Shown here: positions 56,363 to 64,000 of the stretch, piece by piece
Layout: the number at the start of each line of letters is the position of its first letter
Numbering within the stretch: the stretch's first letter is position 1
Source of the DNA: Thermodesulfovibrionales bacterium
GTDB taxonomy: Bacteria > Nitrospirota > Thermodesulfovibrionia > Thermodesulfovibrionales > SM23-35
Direction of reading: 5' to 3'
DNA: 64,000 bases
Assembly: GCA_963727725.1 (NCBI GenBank)
Contig: CAVSHJ010000027.1
Location: forward strand, 10,755-74,754
Made by a program: the position numbers and the translations under genes
Notes under the pieces: generated by a model
What the model saw: the letters and a program-made list of their open reading frames with translations, nothing else
Told to the model about the DNA's origin: nothing
Database searches by the model: none

Positions 56363-56977
56363 ATGCACGAATTCCTGAACTGGCTCGTCAATACGGTAGG
56401 CTCTCTGGGATATACCGGTATCATGATTTTGATGTTCATCGAGAGTACGTTCATACCCCTCCCGTCCGAACTTGTGATACCGCCGGCGGGGTATCTGATT
56501 GCTCAGGAGCAGATGAGCTGGGCGGGCGTGATAGCAGCGGGCACATTTGGCAGTGTGCTGGGCGCACTTTTTAATTATGGTGTTGCAGTCTATCTGGGCA
56601 GGCCCTTCATCCTCAGATATGGAAAATATTTCGGTATTTCTCAAAAACACTTTGTGAAAGGTGAGGAGTTTTTTCTCAAGCATGGACATATCAGTACATT
56701 TATCGGCAGGCTTATACTGGGAGTGAGACATTATATATCCTTTCCTGCCGGGCTTTGCAGAATGAATCTCGCAGAGTTTTCTTTCTATACCGCTTTTGGC
56801 GCAGGTGTCTGGATAGCGGTCCTGGCCTACATTGGTTATTTTGTGGGCAACAACGGGGAGAGGATCATGGAAGTGAGCAGGCAATGGAGCATATATGTCA
56901 TAGCCGGTTGCACGCTGCTGATTGTCGTGTATGTACTATGGCACAAAAGAAAGCAGAAGCACTGCATCCGGGAATGA
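56363..56977 (+). CDS. DedA-family inner-membrane protein
   Basis: Typical DedA N-terminus ([30 protein letters not shown]). Confidence 0.8.
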   Translation: MHEFLNWLVNTVGSLGYTGIMILMFIESTFIPLPSELVIPPAGYLIAQEQMSWAGVIAAGTFGSVLGALFNYGVAVYLGRPFILRYGKYFGISQKHFVKGEEFFLKHGHISTFIGRLILGVRHYISFPAGLCRMNLAEFSFYTAFGAGVWIAVLAYIGYFVGNNGERIMEVSRQWSIYVIAGCTLLIVVYVLWHKRKQKHCIRE

Positions 56978-56998
56978 CTGATACTGTGAAGATCGTCT

Positions 56999-58282
56999 AT
57001 GCGTTTTATTGCTGACCTGCATATCCATTCGAGATTCTCGCGTGCCACAAGTCGTGAGATGTCTTTAGAGAGCATCTGGAAGTGGTCACAATTCAAAGGG
57101 ATAACCGTTGTTGGTACAGGTGATTTTACCCATCCTCAATGGCAAAAAGAACTTAAAGCAAAACTAGATCATATTGGCACTAACTTGTTTAAATTAAAAG
57201 ATAAATACCAGGAAAATACGGTTCCTGCTTCATGCAGAGGAGAAGTCTTTTTTATGCTCACCGCAGAAGTGAGCTGCATATACACAAAAAAGGGAAAGGT
57301 CAGGAAAATACACAGCCTCATCTTTGCGCCGGATTTTGCGGCTGCATCGCGAGTCAGCAAAGCTTTGGCAAAAATAGGGAACCTGGAGTCAGACGGAAGG
57401 CCGATACTCGGACTTGACGCAAAGGTGTTGCTCAAGATCGTCCTTGACTCATCCGACAAATCGATGCTCGTGCCGGCGCATGCATGGACACCCCACTTCT
57501 CGGTTTTTGGCGCAAGTTCGGGTTTTGATTCGCTTGAAGAATGCTTTGACGAATTGACCCCCAATATCTGCGCTATCGAAACGGGCCTGTCTTCGGACCC
57601 CGCTATGAACTGGAGGCTCTCCGCACTGGATGGTGTAACACTTATATCTAATTCAGATGCCCACTCACCGGCAAAGCTCGGGCGCGAGGCTAACATATTC
57701 GATACAGGTAATTCAGCCCGACGTTACGCTCTTAAGAAAGGGAAGGGCGGGGCTGACCGCCCTGAAATCTCCTATCAATTTATCATGGATGCGATTAAGA
57801 CCGGAAAGGGTTTTCTCGGAACAATCGAATTTTTCCCTGAAGAAGGCAAGTATCATTATGACGGCCACAGGGCCTGTGGTGTAAGTCTTTCTCCGCGGGA
57901 TACGATAAAACGCAACTATCTCTGCCCGGTCTGCGGAAAGAAAGTTACCGTAGGAGTTCTGCATAGAGTTGAGAAACTCGCCGACAGGAAAGACGGTTTC
58001 AGGCCGAAGGGCGCCACATCTTTCTATTCTATAATCCCGTTGCCTGAAATTATTGCTGAGATAAAGAAGGTCGGCGTCAACAGTAAAACGGTCAGGAAAG
58101 AGTATTTCCGTCTCCTTGAGAAACTCGGGAACGAGTTTCGAATCCTTCTGGACACCCCGTCCGGCCATATAGAAAGAGCTGACTCTCCCCTCTTGATGGA
58201 AGCCATAGAGAGGATGCGTTCAGGGAAGGTGCATATCGTGCCGGGTTTTGACGGCGAGTACGGGAAGGTCAGGATTTTTTGA
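56999..58282 (+). CDS. Endonuclease Q-like PHP-domain protein
   Basis: N-terminal PHP motif ADLHIHSRFSRATS, zinc-finger-like CPVCGKKVTVGVLHRVE, and a length of 427 aa similar to archaeal EndoQ (from memory). Confidence 0.6.
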   Translation: MRFIADLHIHSRFSRATSREMSLESIWKWSQFKGITVVGTGDFTHPQWQKELKAKLDHIGTNLFKLKDKYQENTVPASCRGEVFFMLTAEVSCIYTKKGKVRKIHSLIFAPDFAAASRVSKALAKIGNLESDGRPILGLDAKVLLKIVLDSSDKSMLVPAHAWTPHFSVFGASSGFDSLEECFDELTPNICAIETGLSSDPAMNWRLSALDGVTLISNSDAHSPAKLGREANIFDTGNSARRYALKKGKGGADRPEISYQFIMDAIKTGKGFLGTIEFFPEEGKYHYDGHRACGVSLSPRDTIKRNYLCPVCGKKVTVGVLHRVEKLADRKDGFRPKGATSFYSIIPLPEIIAEIKKVGVNSKTVRKEYFRLLEKLGNEFRILLDTPSGHIERADSPLLMEAIERMRSGKVHIVPGFDGEYGKVRIF

Positions 58283-58297
58283 AGAATAGCATTCTTG

Positions 58298-59248
58298 CTA
58301 GTCCAGTTGAGTGCCGTCCTTGAGCTCCTCGTAGAATTTCCTGAGGTCCGGCAATGTCTTTGAAGCCATGATCTTCATGGCGCTCCTCGGATGTTCGTTT
58401 AAAACGCCGGTTATCAGATAAGGTATGTGATATCCCCACTCCACCTCACATTTCATCGGAATGAAGATTTTCTGTATCACCTCGATGAGCGGCCTGATGT
58501 CGAATTTCGGGTTCTTGAGAAAAGAGAGCAGAAGTTCCAGGGGGCAGTTGCCTGCACCCCTGCCCATCCCGTAAAGCGTCGCATCCAGCCGGTTCACACC
58601 TGCAATTATGGCTTCGATAGTATTCGCAAAAGCCAGTTGCTGGTTATTGTGGGTGTGGATGCCAAGCTCCTTGCCGGGGAGAGCGCTGAAATACTTCTCT
58701 GCCAGGAAATGGATCTGTTCGGAATAGAGAGCGCCGAAACTGTCCACAAGATAAATCACGGGAACGTGGCTCTTGGAAAGGTCGTCGAGTGCCTCATCGA
58801 GTTCTTTTTCGAGGACTTTGGACACCGCCATCAGGTTTATCGTCGCCTCGTAGCCTTTATCCAGACATTCATGCGCAAGGGCTATCGCCTTGTCTATTTC
58901 CTTCGCATAACAGGCTACCCTGATCATGTCGAGGATACTGTCTTTCTTCAGAGGGATGTCTTCAGAATCGATGCGGCCTATGTCAGCCATGGCTGAAAGC
59001 TTCATTTTGGTATCAAACTCTCCGACGATTCTCTTTATGTCCTCGTCAGTACAGAACTTCCAGTCGCCATGCTCATCTCTGGAGAAGTATTTCTCAGAGG
59101 ATCTATATCCTATCTCCATATAATCGACGCCGGCTTCCGAGAGTGCATGAAAGACCTTCCTCACAACCTCATCGCTGAACTGCCACTTGTTGATCAGGCC
59201 ACCGTCGCGGATGGTGCAGTCGAGTACCTTAATCTGTGAACGGAACAT
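58298..59248 (-). CDS. HMGL-like (pyruvate carboxyltransferase fold) aldolase-family protein
   Basis: The VLDCTIRDGG N-terminal motif is typical of the DRE-TIM metallolyase family. Confidence 0.6.
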   Translation of the reverse strand: MFRSQIKVLDCTIRDGGLINKWQFSDEVVRKVFHALSEAGVDYMEIGYRSSEKYFSRDEHGDWKFCTDEDIKRIVGEFDTKMKLSAMADIGRIDSEDIPLKKDSILDMIRVACYAKEIDKAIALAHECLDKGYEATINLMAVSKVLEKELDEALDDLSKSHVPVIYLVDSFGALYSEQIHFLAEKYFSALPGKELGIHTHNNQQLAFANTIEAIIAGVNRLDATLYGMGRGAGNCPLELLLSFLKNPKFDIRPLIEVIQKIFIPMKCEVEWGYHIPYLITGVLNEHPRSAMKIMASKTLPDLRKFYEELKDGTQLD

Positions 59249-59295
59249 GTATAATTACCTCCAGGTCAAAGTGCAATTTTTTATTATACAAAAAG

Positions 59296-59946
59296 TCATC
59301 CTCTTTGTGCGGAGTCTTTTTCAAGTCCCTTTATCACACGGACAAAATTATTTGCAAGCTCCGTAACAGAATTCCAGTCTTCCGCCATCACAAGCTCTCT
59401 CCTCAGAATAGAAGAACCTATAAGAATACATGAGGCGTTAACTGAGAGATATTCAGCAAAATTATTGATGTTGACACCTCCGCTCAACATGAATTTCACA
59501 AAAGGCATCGGACCGCGTATAGCCCTGAGGAAATCAAGCCCGCCCATTTCGACAAAGGGAAAAAGTTTGATGATATCCCCGCCTGCAACGTAAGCCTTAT
59601 ATATCTCCGTAGGGGTGGAGGCGCCGGGGATTGACACCGCACCCTCCTTTTTTGTGTTCTTTACGATCTCCTCATCAAAATGCGGACTCACGATATAGGA
59701 GGCCCCGGCCTTCAGCGCTTTTTTTAGATCCTTGACAGTGAGGACAGTGCCCGCGCCGATCAAACCGTTTGATTCTTTGCTCAGCTTCCTGATTACGTCC
59801 TCCGCGCCGGGTACGGAAAAGGTGATCTCGACCAGACGAATGCCGCCCTTTATGCACGCGCTGGCTGCCTCATAAGCCCGTTCGGGCGTATCCGTACGCA
59901 CTGCGACCATCAGCTTATGTTGCTCAATCGTTTCGACGAGATTCAT
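59296..59946 (-). CDS. eda: KDPG / 4-hydroxy-2-oxoglutarate aldolase family protein
   Basis: Eda-like layout (…GGIRLVEITF…GAGTVL…GASYIVSP…KLFP). Confidence 0.7.
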   Translation of the reverse strand: MNLVETIEQHKLMVAVRTDTPERAYEAASACIKGGIRLVEITFSVPGAEDVIRKLSKESNGLIGAGTVLTVKDLKKALKAGASYIVSPHFDEEIVKNTKKEGAVSIPGASTPTEIYKAYVAGGDIIKLFPFVEMGGLDFLRAIRGPMPFVKFMLSGGVNINNFAEYLSVNASCILIGSSILRRELVMAEDWNSVTELANNFVRVIKGLEKDSAQRG

Positions 59947-60030
59947 TGTGACCTCCGCGAATACTATTATATTTTAATCCATATTACAGTATGAAAAACT
60001 GGATCTTCGCGGTCATGCCGAGGATGTAAT

Positions 60031-60112
60031 CTTCATTTCCCTATCCAAGCTTTCGGGAGGTCGGGAATCTTTCTGTCAAGCGAAGAAAGATTCCGGCGAG
60101 TCCGGAATGACA
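60031..60112. repeat. Composite palindromic intergenic repeat (degenerate copy)
   Basis: tcatttccc…tcgggaatct…gaaagattccgg…tccggaatgacag. A separate GTCCGTCTGAGGCGGAC hairpin lies at 60212-60228. Confidence 0.7.
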
Positions 60113-60320
60113 GACAAAGAACCTATTCAGAATGAATTCTCTTTGATGGCAATTTATTGCGAACACAAGGATATATACCAGCTCTTTGCCTGCTGACAGA
60201 CCTGTTATCCGGTCCGTCTGAGGCGGACGGATAGACGGCAGTGGAGAAAATAATCGATATCCGTCGAATGAAAAGCGGAAGTTATTTCTCCGGAAATGGA
60301 ATCTCAAAAAGCGGAATAAT

Positions 60321-60503
60321 TTACCCCAGGCAGTCTTTTCTCCAGAGGCAATTCATCTGGTCGCATACCCCTGCCTGCGCGGTCCCGAAACAGTCGAAGT
60401 TCCCTTCCGCCCTCTGGATAGACCGGATGATGTTTTCCTTTTTCATGTTACCGACTCTTATGCCCTTCTCTTTTGCAATCTCTTTTATTTTTTTCAGTGT
60501 CAT
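60321..60503 (-). CDS. Small SAP/Rho_N-like protein with a Cys-rich tail
   Basis: 60 aa: MTLKKIKEIAKEKGIRVGNMKKENIIRSIQRAEGNFDCFGTA…CDQMNCLWRKDC. Confidence 0.5.
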   Translation of the reverse strand: MTLKKIKEIAKEKGIRVGNMKKENIIRSIQRAEGNFDCFGTAQAGVCDQMNCLWRKDCLG

Positions 60504-60554
60504 AATTATTCTCCTCGAAATCAGTTATTACTCCCCCAAGAAAAATATATCAGA

Positions 60555-61442
60555 TCATTTGACTATTTTCAAGGAGATGTCAACGGCAGGCGCCGAATGG
60601 GTGAGAGCGCCAACCGAGATGAAATCGACTCCTGTTTCCGCGATCTCTCTCACGTTTTCGAGCTTGACTCCGCCTGACGCCTCAAGCAGTACTCTGCCGT
60701 TTGATATCTCTACAGCCTTTCTCATATCAGTCACGGCCATATTGTCCAGCATTACGACGTCTGCGCCGGCATCAATTGCCTTCCCGAGGTCCTTCACACT
60801 GCCCACCTCTACCTCAATTTTTGAGAGATGAAAACCCTTCCTTGCCCGGCTCACAGCTTTTCTGATACCGCCCGCAGCCTCTATGTGGTTGTCCTTTATC
60901 AGGATGCCGTCAAAAAGGCCGAATCTGTGGTTGCATCCTCCGCCCATCCTCACCGCATATTTTTCCATGGACCTCATGCAAGGGGTCGTCTTTCTTGTAT
61001 CGACTATCTTTGCCTTGAGCCCTTTAACCCTTGTAACATAAGCGTCCGCCAGAGTTGCGATACCCGAGAGCCTCTGAAGTATGTTAAGACTGACCCGTTC
61101 TCCGGCAAGAATGTCCCTGGAGTTGCCGTAAACCTCCGCAAGGATATCTCCCTTATTGATCCTGGCCCCGTCATGGAAAAACATTTTGAATTTTATGGAA
61201 GGATCGAGTAAATGAAATACCTCTCTTGCAAAGGGAAGGCCGGCGAGAACGAAATCCTCTTTCGCAAGATAACGTGCCCTTGATTTTCTGTCCCCGGATA
61301 TAGCGAGGGATGTAGTGATGTCCCCCGGGCCCATATCTTCTTCAAGTGCACGGCGCAGCAAATCAATAACACCTGAAGGAATCTCCACGGAACTATTTCC
61401 TTTTGAGAAGAAGAGAGAAAAAGCCCCACAATCCGCCGACAA
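60555..61442 (-). CDS. nadC: Nicotinate-nucleotide pyrophosphorylase (quinolinate phosphoribosyltransferase)
   Basis: Motifs …ALEEDMGPGDITT… and DNH / LDNM. A GTG at 61388 would remove the overlap with the upstream gene. Confidence 0.85.
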   Translation of the reverse strand: MSADCGAFSLFFSKGNSSVEIPSGVIDLLRRALEEDMGPGDITTSLAISGDRKSRARYLAKEDFVLAGLPFAREVFHLLDPSIKFKMFFHDGARINKGDILAEVYGNSRDILAGERVSLNILQRLSGIATLADAYVTRVKGLKAKIVDTRKTTPCMRSMEKYAVRMGGGCNHRFGLFDGILIKDNHIEAAGGIRKAVSRARKGFHLSKIEVEVGSVKDLGKAIDAGADVVMLDNMAVTDMRKAVEISNGRVLLEASGGVKLENVREIAETGVDFISVGALTHSAPAVDISLKIVK

Positions 61443-61878
61443 CGGCGCCCAATGCTACGGCTGAACGCACATCAAGGAGAGTAGTGATATTCCCTTCGAT
61501 CTTGTTCGAAACAACAAGGAACGCGGATGTATTTTGCGACTTAATCTCTTTTGCCGCCATTATGCCGACTGCTGATCTGCTCGCAGTCGTCTGCTCCCGG
61601 GAGATGGTCAAAGGAGAAAGAGAAAAGTTTATTGCCACGTTGTCGGCGGCGGTGACACCGCTTATGCTCTGATTGAGGCTTATGTCATGTCCTCTGAGAA
61701 TGCCGGCGGCCCCCTGTGTAACCTCAATTTTTTCGCCGTCGATGCTGAGAGCCCCGACCTGCTGGAGTTCCAGATGACCTCCTTCCACTGAGCGGATGGT
61801 GCTCTGCTTTATATTTATAAACTCTCCTTCGATGAATTCCAGATCACTTTTTTCCAGCTCCCTTTCTTTACGCTTCAT
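61393..61878 (-). CDS. Hypothetical protein with a C-terminal transmembrane anchor
   Basis: 161-aa ORF with the hydrophobic tail AVALGAVVGGLWGFFSLLL. Confidence 0.45.
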   Translation of the reverse strand: MKRKERELEKSDLEFIEGEFINIKQSTIRSVEGGHLELQQVGALSIDGEKIEVTQGAAGILRGHDISLNQSISGVTAADNVAINFSLSPLTISREQTTASRSAVGIMAAKEIKSQNTSAFLVVSNKIEGNITTLLDVRSAVALGAVVGGLWGFFSLLLKRK

Positions 61879-64000
61879 TTTTCACCTCCGCTTCTTTAAG
61901 CATCTTAATACTCTCCCTTATCCTTTCCTTCATGCCCACCAGTTCTTCGTATTTTGCCTTCTCTTTCCCGATTACCTCTTTCGGTGCTTTCTGAAGGAAG
62001 TCGTCATTAAAGAGTTTTCTGCTCAGAGATACTATAGCTGTGTCAACCTTTCCTATTTCCTTCTTAAGTCTATCGAGTTCAGCTGCGATATTCAAGACCC
62101 CCTTCAGGGGAACGTAGATTTCCATAGAACTCTTGATAGAGGTCGCCGATCCTTCCGGTTTCCTGATATCTAATCCTGTCTCTATCTGATCGGCCCTCGC
62201 AAGGCTCCTGACATACCCTGTGTTTTCTCTCAAAATGTTCTCCGCAATTTGTGAATATGTCTTTATCAGCACATTCAATTTCAGGGATGGCGAAATATTC
62301 AGTTCGCCCCTTATGGTTCTTATCCCCATTACCGCATCCATGATATGCGACATATCCTTCTCTGCCGTCGGGTCTTCCCGCAGGGAACGGGGATAATCGG
62401 CGATCATAATACTCTCGCAGTCATCAGCGTCCTGACTCTTCAGACAGGCTCTTGCCGACCTTGTCTTCTGCCATATCTCCTCTGTGACAAAAGGCATGAA
62501 AGGGTGGAGCAGCCTTAACGATACGTCGAGCGCGGAGAGGAGGCACCATCGTGGCCCCGGCTTCCAATTGAGGGTTCTGAAGTTCAATTTTCGCCATCTC
62601 TATATACCAGTCGCAGAGCTCATGCCATACAAACTGATATATGCTGCTGGCTGCGTCATTAAACCTGTATTCTTCGAGGGCCCTGTTCATATCGGCGGCG
62701 ACAACTGAAAGCCTGTTCAATATCCATCTGTCCGGGAGTGAGAGTTCTTCTCCCGGGTTCCGTGCGATGAGATTGCTCGGGTGTTCGTAATAATAAATCT
62801 GGCTGCATTCCAGAGTTTGTTCACAAAATGCCTGTAGCCTTCGACCCTTTCTTCCGAAAACCTGACATCCCGCCCCTGTGCGGCGAAGGCGGCGAGGGTA
62901 AACCGGAAGGCATCCGTACCATATCTGTCCAGCATGATCAGGGGATCAACGACATTCCCCTTGGACTTTGACATCTTTTGCCCTTTCATGTCCCTCACAA
63001 GGGCATGTATATAAACATCCCTGAAAGGAACGTCCTTCATGAACTTGCGACCCATCATGATCATCCGTGCCACCCAGAAGAATATTATGTCGAAGCCTGT
63101 GACAAGCACACTTGTCGGATAGAAAGTTTTCAGGTCTTTTGTTTCATCGGGCCACCCGAGTGTAGAAAAAGGCCAGAGGGCTGAGGAAAACCATGTATCA
63201 AGTACGTCTTCATCCCGGACCAGGTTCTTCGAGCCGCAGTGCGCACATTCTGCGGGTGTTTCACGGAATACGTTGATGCCGCTCTTCTTCCTGCATGCAT
63301 CATTCTTCATTTCCCTGCAGTACCAGACGGGTATCCTGTGTCCCCACCATATCTGACGGGATATGCACCAGTCCTTTATGTCCTCCATCCATGCAAAATA
63401 CGTATTTTCCCATGTCTTCGGAATGATCCTGATCTTCTCTTCCCTGACCACGCGGATGGCGTCTTTTGCGAGAGACTGCACATTCACATACCACTGGAGT
63501 GTCGGCAGGGGCTCCGTAATCGTTTTGCACCTGTAACAGTGTCCGATAGCATATTCATGCCGCTCTTCCTTTTCGATGAGGTCCAGTTCTTTCAGGTCTT
63601 TGAGGACCAGCTTCCTGCATTCATATCTGTCGAGTCCTTCGTACCTTTTTCCGGCAGCTGCCGTCATGCGGCCGTCGTCTCCGATGACCGTGATGAATTC
63701 CAGCGGCGGATTCTGTCTCTTTGCCATTGCTTCGTCATTGAAGTCGTGGGCGGGCGTGACCTTTACCGCACCCGTACCGAAAGAGGGGTCCACTGCGCTG
63801 TCGGAAATAATGGGGATTTTCCTGTCCGTCAGGGGCAGGTCTACAGTTTTGCCGACAAGTTTTTCATATCTCTCGTCTTCAGTATTGACGGCAACAGCGG
63901 TATCACCGAGCATCGTCTCCGGTCTGGTGGTCGCTACAATGACGTACCCGCCATTTCGATCAGAGAACGGATATCTTATATATGTGAGCTTTCCTTCCAG
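61868..64000 (-). CDS. valS: Valyl-tRNA synthetase (5' end outside the window), at least 2 frame disruptions in the 3' third
   Basis: TTRPETMLGDTAVAV and KMSKSKGN lie in one frame. LSLPDRWILNRL…YRFNDAA…CDWYIEMAK is in a second frame, and LRLLHPFMPFVTEEIW plus the coiled-coil tail are in a third. Confidence 0.85.

Noticed and set aside
60241-60831. 196-aa plus-strand ORF
   Set aside because: It is antisense to nadC and to the small SAP-like gene. Its Ser/Phe-rich composition suggests a shadow frame.

Overview
Chromosomal segment from an anaerobic bacterium; I cannot assign a lineage from the sequence alone. All protein calls come from reading motifs in the supplied ORF translations, with no database search.

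Gene content, in order:
1. 1-13.1 kb: a Wood-Ljungdahl carbonyl-branch operon (acsD, acsC, acsB, cooS/acsA), followed by a NuoE/NuoF/NuoG-like flavin/FeS module with an embedded CBS-domain gene.
2. 13.4-14.1 kb: scpA.
3. 14.2-33.0 kb: a co-directional locus of about 18.7 kb and the most interesting part of the window. It holds four paralogous six-haem cytochromes whose conserved blocks match, from memory, the Geobacter OmcS nanowire cytochrome family. It also holds an NHL beta-propeller, a YVTN beta-propeller lipoprotein, a roughly 765-aa outer-membrane beta-barrel, three LpoB/PelC/DUF799-like lipoproteins, a double-parvulin PPIase lipoprotein, and 26-haem, 16-haem and 7-haem cytochromes.
4. 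33.1-42.5 kb (minus strand): a PilZ protein, a translationally coupled trio resembling the bacterial ceramide pathway (epimerase/reductase, serine-palmitoyltransferase-like, GNAT-like), htpX, system II cytochrome c biogenesis genes ccsB/ccsA, and a PilT-like ATPase with a tandem MshEN-type c-di-GMP motif.
5. 42.7-64 kb: housekeeping genes (nnr, pgeF, tsaE, nadK, udg, HIT, SurA-like, SPOR proteins, fmdE-like, argB, mtgA, acpS, ihfA, merR, tRNA-Pro(GGG), dedA, endoQ-like, two aldolases, nadC, valS) and a truncated cstA remnant.

Two window-wide properties:
- A mosaic family of short palindromic intergenic repeats (GTCATTCC...GGAATGAC, TCCGCCTCAGGCGGA, GTCATGCCCGA...TCGGGCATCC). These create spurious ORFs and false N-terminal extensions.
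- Many reading-frame disruptions. They are densest in the nuoF-like gene and one OmcS-like paralog, but also occur in essential valS. This points to assembly or sequencing indels at least as much as to real pseudogenes.
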